NCBI GenBank assembly: GCA_001766815.1
Contig: LYOS01000007.1
Location: 13,393 to 45,392 of the forward strand
Direction of reading: 5' to 3'
DNA: 32,000 bases
Origin: Candidatus Syntropharchaeum caldarium
GTDB taxonomy: Archaea; Halobacteriota; Syntropharchaeia; Syntropharchaeales; Syntropharchaeaceae
The notes under the pieces are model-generated. The model was not told the DNA's origin and searched no databases. It was given only the letters and a program-made list of their open reading frames with translations. The position numbers and the translations under genes were made by a program. Positions 26,881 to 32,000 of the stretch are shown one piece after another; the first letter of the stretch is position 1; the number at the start of each line of letters is the position of its first letter.

Positions 26881-27311
26881 AGATATACACGATCGGATTT
26901 ACAAGAAAGAGTGCGAAGGAGTTCTTTGAGATACTCAAAAGAAACGATGTCAAGCAGGTAGTGGATATAAGGCTCAATAACACATCTCAGCTTGCTGGGT
27001 TCACAAAGAAAAACGATCTGGCGTATTTTTTAAAGGAGCTATGCGGAATAGAGTATTACCATTTTAAATTTCTTGCCCCAACAAAGGAGATCAGAGATCG
27101 ATACATCGAGAGCAAGGATTGGGATGTTTATGTTGAAGAATATCTCAGGCTACTTGAGGAGAGAGGCGTTATTGATAAACTTGAGAGGTCGTTCTTTGAG
27201 ATGAGAACATGCCTTTTATGTAGCGAGCCAACAGCAGAACACTGCCACAGGAGATTATTGGCTGAATATCTCAAGAAACAGTGGGGGGATGTTGAGGTGG
27301 TGCATTTGTGA
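26877..27311 (+). CDS. DUF488 family protein (paralog 2, highly diverged from paralog 1)
   Basis: MKIYTIGFT, VVDIRLNNTSQLAGF and LLCSEPTAEHCHRRLL. The ATG overlaps the upstream stop (ATGA at 26877-26880). Confidence 0.8.
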   Translation: MKIYTIGFTRKSAKEFFEILKRNDVKQVVDIRLNNTSQLAGFTKKNDLAYFLKELCGIEYYHFKFLAPTKEIRDRYIESKDWDVYVEEYLRLLEERGVIDKLERSFFEMRTCLLCSEPTAEHCHRRLLAEYLKKQWGDVEVVHL

Positions 27312-30010
27312 AGAAGAGGGTGGTTATTACTGATTTAAGCAGAATGGAAGGTGATAGGGTATGTATATTCGGCATCGACGAAGAAAGAAGACCAATAAGA
27401 CCCGTAATTTCTTATCGAGGGGTAAGAGAAAGTGATCTCTTTGATGAAGAAGGTAACCAGATTATAAAGCCATTTGCAGAGGTAGAGTTTGATTTTCTCC
27501 ATCCTTTGCCTAAACCACCGCATACAGAAGATTGGGAGATAAACACGATATACAAGCCAAGATTGATAAAAAATCTCTCAGAGGATGAAAGAAAGGTGTT
27601 TTTAGAGGAAGTACTGGATGGATCGGTTAAAGAGATCTTTGGAGCGGTGATTCATGAAAATCGTTACATAAATCCATGGGAAGGGGAGAGATCACTCGGA
27701 ACGGTGAAGATAAAAGAGGTTTTGGATGTTAATTATTCGATGAAAGAAGAAGGGAAATACAAATACAGGCTAAAATTTTTAGATGTAGCCGGAGATGCTT
27801 ATGACCTACCGGTCACGGATTGTGCATTCAGGAGGTATTGTGATCATGAGAGAATTCAAAATCAGAAGAGCATGGGACTTATCGGGGCTGAGCTGCAGAG
27901 GAGATTTAACCAGAGCAAAGTTTATCTTCGTGTGGGTCTTGCGAGACCTTTTCCTGAAAAGTACTACAGGTGTTATCTACAGATCTCTGGTTTATACACT
28001 TTCCCGGATTATAAGGGTGAGGATGGAGATTGTGGAAATGAAGTCGATATGGAATCAGCGCATCAGGCACTGCAAAAATACTTTGGCTATACATCATTTC
28101 TTCCCCTCCAGAAAGACATTATCAGGGATGTTCTCCTGAAAAACGATATTTTTGTGCTGATGCCAACTGGCGGTGGTAAATCTCTGTGTTATCAGTTACC
28201 TGCACTTCTTCTGGATGGCGTAACGGTGGTTATCTCACCACTCATTGCATTGATGAAGGATCAGGTGGATGATTTGAGGGCAAACGGGATTGCTGCAGCC
28301 TGCATCAACAGTTCACTGAGTCCCGATGAGATACAGGCGGTAAAAACAAAATTGCTGAAGAATAGAATCAAGATTCTTTATGTGGCTCCCGAAAGAATGA
28401 TGCAGCCTGGTTTTTTATCATTTTTACAGCGATTGAATATCGGCCCCATCGCGGTTGATGAAGCTCACTGTATCTCTGAGTGGGGGCATGATTTCAGGCC
28501 TGAGTATCGCCGATTGAGCCTGCTCAAAGAAATCTTTCCTCAAACACCTTTAATCGCATTGACAGCGACCGCTATTACTGCTGTACAGAGAGATATTATA
28601 AGAGAGTTAAGGTTAAACGATCCGAAGATATATAAAGCGAGTTTTAACCGAAAAAACTTGTTCTATCAGGTCAAACCAAAATATGATGGCTATTCCCAAT
28701 TGATCCAGTATTTAGAGAATCACAAAGGTGATTCAGGGATAATTTATTGTCAAAGCCGTAAATCTGCCGATGAGCTGGCAAATAAACTTCAAAAAGAGAG
28801 ATATCGCGTTTTACCCTATCATGCTGGGTTGAGTTCTGATTTGAGGAACGAGACGCAGAATAAATTTGTTAAAGATGACTTTGAGATAATCGTGGCAACA
28901 ATAGCCTTCGGGATGGGGATAGATAAATCGAATATCCGTTTTGTGGTCCATTATGACCTCCCAAAGAATCTTGAAAGTTATTATCAGGAAACGGGCAGGG
29001 CTGGAAGGGACGGGGATAAGGCAGATTGCATTCTCTTTTTCAGCCGTGGAGATAAGGCAAAAATAGAGTACTTTATCGAGCAGAAATCGGAGGAAAGAGA
29101 GAGGCGAATTGCGTATAAGAAGTTGCACGATATGGTTGAGTTTTGTGAGAGTCAGGGCTGTCGCAGGAAGATCCTGTTGAAGTACTTTGGGGAAGCCTAT
29201 GATAAAACGAACTGTGGAAGTTGTGATAATTGCATAGAACCGAAAGAAAAGATCGATGGAACCAACATCGCTCAAAAGATCATATTATGTGTCTCCCAAG
29301 TTAAAGAAAGATTTGGCGTGAACTATATCGCTGATGTTCTGTGCGGCTCAAAGAGTCAAAAGATAATCCGCAATCGACATGATATCTTATCAATTTATGG
29401 TACTGGCAGGGAATACTCAAGAAAACGGTGGCAGACTTTTACCAGGGAACTAATTCAACTTGGGTTTCTGAGATTGGAAGGTGATAGATACCCAATCGTT
29501 AAGCTTACACAGAAGAGTCAGGATATTTTATCTGGGGAAGAGCAAGTTTTACTGACCAGGCCGGTAGAAGAAGTTAGGATAACAGAAAAATCTGCTGACG
29601 AGGACTTTGATCATGATTTATTTGAAATGTTGAGAGGTTTGAGGAAGAGGCTCGCTGATGCAGAAGGTATGCCACCGTATATCATCTTTCATGATTCAAG
29701 TTTGAAGGCGATGGCAAGATATTTTCCCCAGACTCTATCCGACTTTCGGAAGATAGATGGTGTCGGTGAAAGCAAGCTGGAGAAGTATGGGGAAATATTC
29801 GTGAAAGAGATTGCGGATTACTGTCAAGATTATAGAATCGAGCATATACGAAAAGTTCATCCTCGAGCGTATGAACCATGGACAAAAGATGAAGATGAAA
29901 GACTAATCAGAGAATACAGGTCTGGTAAAAGTATAGAAGAGCTTATGGAACTATTTGGAAGACAAAGCGGTGGTATTAAGTCAAGATTGAAGAAACTGGG
30001 GTTACATTGA
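27308..30010 (+). CDS. recQ: RecQ-family DNA helicase with an extra ~245-aa N-terminal domain of unknown type and a C-terminal HTH tail
   Basis: The helicase core runs from aa ~250: FGYTSFLPLQ, MPTGGGKSLCYQLPA, VVISPLIALMKDQ, DEAHCISEWGHDFRPEY, LTATA, FGMGIDKSNIRFVVHYDLP, YYQETGRAGRDG. It also has a Zn module (CESQGCRR...CGSCDNC), an RQC region, HRDC (YIIFHDSSLKAMARYFPQTLSDFRKIDGVGESKLEKYG), and the tail WTKDEDERLIREYRSGKSIEELMELFGRQSGGIKSRLKKLGL. The GTG start overlaps the upstream stop (GTGA at 27308-27311). Confidence 0.9.
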   Translation: MKKRVVITDLSRMEGDRVCIFGIDEERRPIRPVISYRGVRESDLFDEEGNQIIKPFAEVEFDFLHPLPKPPHTEDWEINTIYKPRLIKNLSEDERKVFLEEVLDGSVKEIFGAVIHENRYINPWEGERSLGTVKIKEVLDVNYSMKEEGKYKYRLKFLDVAGDAYDLPVTDCAFRRYCDHERIQNQKSMGLIGAELQRRFNQSKVYLRVGLARPFPEKYYRCYLQISGLYTFPDYKGEDGDCGNEVDMESAHQALQKYFGYTSFLPLQKDIIRDVLLKNDIFVLMPTGGGKSLCYQLPALLLDGVTVVISPLIALMKDQVDDLRANGIAAACINSSLSPDEIQAVKTKLLKNRIKILYVAPERMMQPGFLSFLQRLNIGPIAVDEAHCISEWGHDFRPEYRRLSLLKEIFPQTPLIALTATAITAVQRDIIRELRLNDPKIYKASFNRKNLFYQVKPKYDGYSQLIQYLENHKGDSGIIYCQSRKSADELANKLQKERYRVLPYHAGLSSDLRNETQNKFVKDDFEIIVATIAFGMGIDKSNIRFVVHYDLPKNLESYYQETGRAGRDGDKADCILFFSRGDKAKIEYFIEQKSEERERRIAYKKLHDMVEFCESQGCRRKILLKYFGEAYDKTNCGSCDNCIEPKEKIDGTNIAQKIILCVSQVKERFGVNYIADVLCGSKSQKIIRNRHDILSIYGTGREYSRKRWQTFTRELIQLGFLRLEGDRYPIVKLTQKSQDILSGEEQVLLTRPVEEVRITEKSADEDFDHDLFEMLRGLRKRLADAEGMPPYIIFHDSSLKAMARYFPQTLSDFRKIDGVGESKLEKYGEIFVKEIADYCQDYRIEHIRKVHPRAYEPWTKDEDERLIREYRSGKSIEELMELFGRQSGGIKSRLKKLGLH

Positions 30011-30039
30011 GGTGTTACAGATTTCTGGACATACTTTCC

Positions 30040-30186
30040 AGATCACAGAGTGTGAGGGAAGAGCTCTTCAAGAACTTGAGAGGCGGAGGCTTAACGGAAA
30101 CTATAGTGTGTGTAAGAACCGTTGTAAGCACGGAGGCTGCAGGTCAAGGGCTTATACGAGGTAGTATCTGGTTTGAGGTAGGGTAG
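30040..30186 (+). pseudogene. Second, more decayed orphan 3' end fragment of a radical SAM/SPASM gene (copy 3 of the att-like segment)
   Basis: Frame 0 reads ..ALQELERRRLNGNYSVCKNRCKHGGCRSRAYTR* (stop at 30162-30164). The 18-nt core TGCAGGTCAAGGGCTTAT (30138-30155) is identical to 26244-26261. The tail tggtttgaggt (30169-30179) is identical to 26304-26314. About 45 nt present in copy 2 between core and tail is missing. Confidence 0.65.
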
Positions 30187-30427
30187 AGATTATGTGGTAG
30201 TTGTGGTTAGTTTTATTAAAGAAGGTATTCCAAAACATTTAGATAAGATAAGGTCACCTTAATATACGGATCATAAAGGGAAAAACAGAGGTGGGGGTAA
30301 ATCAAAATAGCTCTACGTACCAGATCCCTCCAGAAAAGATCATCGCAAGATGGACTATATGGCCTAAATCGACTCCCTCCGACCCCCCTCACAAAGTATA
30401 TCTGCATGCACTTTGAATATAACAGGG

Positions 30428-31366
30428 ATGAAATTTTGCGAGCGGTGCAGAAAGAAAGAGGCAGATGTGGTTCTAAGTACTGTGCGTTTCTGTGAACCCT
30501 GCTTCATTGAGTATTTTGAAAGGCAGGTACAACGCGCGATTGACGGTGAAAAACTTGGCGCGGAGATGTTCTCACGAGATAGCCGCATACTAATGGCGGT
30601 CTCAGGAGGCAAGGACAGCATGACGCTCTGGAACGTCCTGAACGACCTCGGCTATGAGACCTGTGGGCTTCACATCGATCTCAACATCGACGAATACTCA
30701 GAGGTTTCGAGGAGAGTCGTTGAGAACTTTGCCGCTTCAAAAAGCCTCGACCTGATAGTGGTGGACTTAAGGAAAGAATACGGGAAAAGTCTGATGGAGC
30801 TGGCGATGAGGGATGCGTGTTCTGCATGCGGCTTGGTGAAGCGTTATTTGATGAATAAAGTCGCTTATGAGAAGGGTTTTTCGGTGCTTGCCACCGGGCA
30901 CACGCTTGATGATGAGTGTGTCACACTTCTTGGAAATTTGACGCGGTGGAACCTGGAATTTCTGCAGCGCCAGTATCCCATCTTAGAAAGCACACACCCG
31001 AAGCTTGTGCGCAAAGTAAAGCCGCTGTTCAGGATTTCTGACGAAGAAACGGCGGCATACGCAAGGATAAAGCGGTTGGAGTTTGTAAGAGAGAAGTGCC
31101 CGCTGGCAAGCGGCGCAACCTCACTCAGCTACAAGAAAGTGCTGAACGAGCTTGAGCAGCGGCACCCCAGCTTGAAAAAAGCTTTTTACCTCGGATTTTT
31201 GAAGAATAAATCGCTGTTCGGCAAGGAAGAAAATTTCGAGCTCAAGACGTGTGAATCCTGCGGCATGCCTACGGCAAACGTCGGACTTTGCGCATTCTGC
31301 AAGCTTTTAGAACGTCCGAAGCGGCGGCACGATGAGAAAAGCAAAGTTAAACCCTTGTCCATCTAA
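30428..31366 (+). CDS. PP-loop tRNA thiolation ATPase (TtuA/NcsA/TtcA family)
   Basis: N-terminal Zn-ribbon CERC...CEPC, PP-loop AVSGGKDS, CSACG, ATGHTLDDE and a C-terminal Zn-ribbon CESCG...CAFC. ATG at 30428 is preferred over TTG at 30413. Confidence 0.8.
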   Translation: MKFCERCRKKEADVVLSTVRFCEPCFIEYFERQVQRAIDGEKLGAEMFSRDSRILMAVSGGKDSMTLWNVLNDLGYETCGLHIDLNIDEYSEVSRRVVENFAASKSLDLIVVDLRKEYGKSLMELAMRDACSACGLVKRYLMNKVAYEKGFSVLATGHTLDDECVTLLGNLTRWNLEFLQRQYPILESTHPKLVRKVKPLFRISDEETAAYARIKRLEFVREKCPLASGATSLSYKKVLNELEQRHPSLKKAFYLGFLKNKSLFGKEENFELKTCESCGMPTANVGLCAFCKLLERPKRRHDEKSKVKPLSI

Positions 31367-31373
31367 TAATCTA

Positions 31374-32000
31374 TTATGAGTAAAATTGTCGAGGGTGACG
31401 TTATCCAGCTCGTGGACAGGAAGCGGCGCAGGTATCAATTCAGAGTGCAACGGGGTGCTCAATTTTCCTTCCACAGAGGAGCCGTGCCGCATGACAAGCT
31501 CATCGGGCTTGAGGAGGGTAACGTCGTAACCTCGTCGCACGGCGAACGCCTTTTCGTCTTTAAGCCAACGCTTGCCGAATTCGTTCTGAAGATGCAACGG
31601 GGTGCCCAGATAATTTATCCAAAGGATATTGCTGCCATTTTAATGTTTGCAGATATCTTCCCCGGAGCTCGTGTTTTGGAGGCGGGAACTGGTTCTGCTG
31701 CCCTCACGCTTGCTCTGCTACGAGCGGTCGGCGAGCACGGCGTCGTCATCTCCTATGAGATCAGAAAAGACTTTTTAGAGGTTGCAAAACGCAACATCGA
31801 GGTTTTTTTCGGGAACATCCCGGAAAACCTCATCCTTCGTGAGCGGAATATTTATGAGGGGCTTGTCGAAGAGGATAAAAACCTTGATAGGATGATTCTG
31901 GACTTGCCTGAGCCCTGGCGTGTCGTCAAGCACGCAAAAGCCTCGCTGCGGAATGGTGGCATCCTCATTGCCTACAACCCATCCATCCTCCAGATCTTCA
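31374..32000 (+). CDS. trmI: tRNA (adenine-N1)-methyltransferase TrmI (GCD14 family), 3' end cut by window edge
   Basis: Absent from the ORF track because no stop is reached. Translation: MSKIVEGDVIQLVDRKRRRY...KMQRGAQIIYPKDIAAIL...VLEAGTGSAALTLALLRAVG...VISYEIRKDF...ILDLPEPW, which is collinear with archaeal TrmI. Confidence 0.85.

Larger units (their letters stand above)
26322..30039. mobile_element. Islet B: AT-rich inserted segment (DUF488-DUF488-RecQ) between copy 2 and copy 3 of the radical SAM 3' end; no integrase
   Basis: Bounded by direct copies. Spot GC of 60-nt lines at 27541 and 28621 is 33% each and at 26581 is 40%, against 43-58% in sampled core lines. Confidence 0.4.

Noticed and set aside
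24646-30186. Search for an integrase, transposase or recombinase in or beside the two islets
   Set aside because: No ORF in any frame shows tyrosine- or serine-recombinase or DDE motifs. I therefore call the islets only 'possible mobile-element remnants' and do not annotate a complete integrative element.
30216-30621. Two minus-strand ORFs (63 aa and 85 aa) in and next to the intergenic region before the TtuA-like gene
   Set aside because: They are short and have no motifs. One overlaps the conserved N-terminal Zn-ribbon/PP-loop region of the plus-strand gene.
30187-32000. Apparent GC/codon-usage step at the right flank (TtuA-like and TrmI genes look GC3-rich)
   Set aside because: Spot counts (53-58% GC) are similar to some core genes such as gatA (58% in one sampled line). 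This looks like a return to core composition after the AT-rich islets, not a separate anomaly. It needs a computed profile.
1-32000. CRISPR arrays, rRNA genes, and in-frame TAG (pyrrolysine) read-through near the methyltransferase gene
   Set aside because: I saw no regularly spaced short repeats, no rRNA-like sequence, and no pair of adjacent same-frame ORFs split by a single TAG. The MtaA-family gene is a single uninterrupted ORF.

Overview
Archaeal chromosomal window. McrC, an MtaA-family methyltransferase, CooC, CofH, an archaeal-type ValRS, tRNA-His and pilins with class III signal peptides point to a methanogen/ANME-like Methanosarcinales relative. MqnD plus a UbiA prenyltransferase hint at a menaquinone-using lineage such as ANME-2d; this assignment is inference only. 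Layout: (i) 1-7.0 kb holds a tightly coupled type IV pilus-like operon: FlaI-type ATPase, FlaJ/TadC-type membrane protein and three large pilin-like proteins carrying DUF2341/FN3-like and LamG lectin-like domains. Two paralogous pilin genes share a 110-nt perfect direct repeat. (ii) 7.0-24.6 kb is mostly housekeeping: RNase III-domain protein, tRNA-His, valS, a flavoprotein disulfide reductase, mqnD, nfo, nth, cooC, a HAD phosphatase, DUF1015, two small wHTH proteins and an MtaA-like gene. It ends in a compact mcrC-gatA-cofH-ubiA-radical SAM/SPASM gene string. (iii) 24.6-30.2 kb is an accessory region of two AT-rich islets behind the radical SAM/SPASM gene, each followed by a decayed copy of that gene's 3' end, so three copies lie in direct orientation. 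Islet A carries a lipoprotein and VapBC. Islet B carries a translationally coupled DUF488-DUF488-RecQ module, in which the RecQ has an unrecognisable ~245-aa N-terminal domain and a C-terminal HTH tail. This module is my best candidate for an undescribed system (defence or repair). (iv) 30.4-32.0 kb holds tRNA-modification genes (TtuA/NcsA-like and TrmI, the latter cut by the window edge). I recognised no CRISPR array, rRNA, transposase or integrase.
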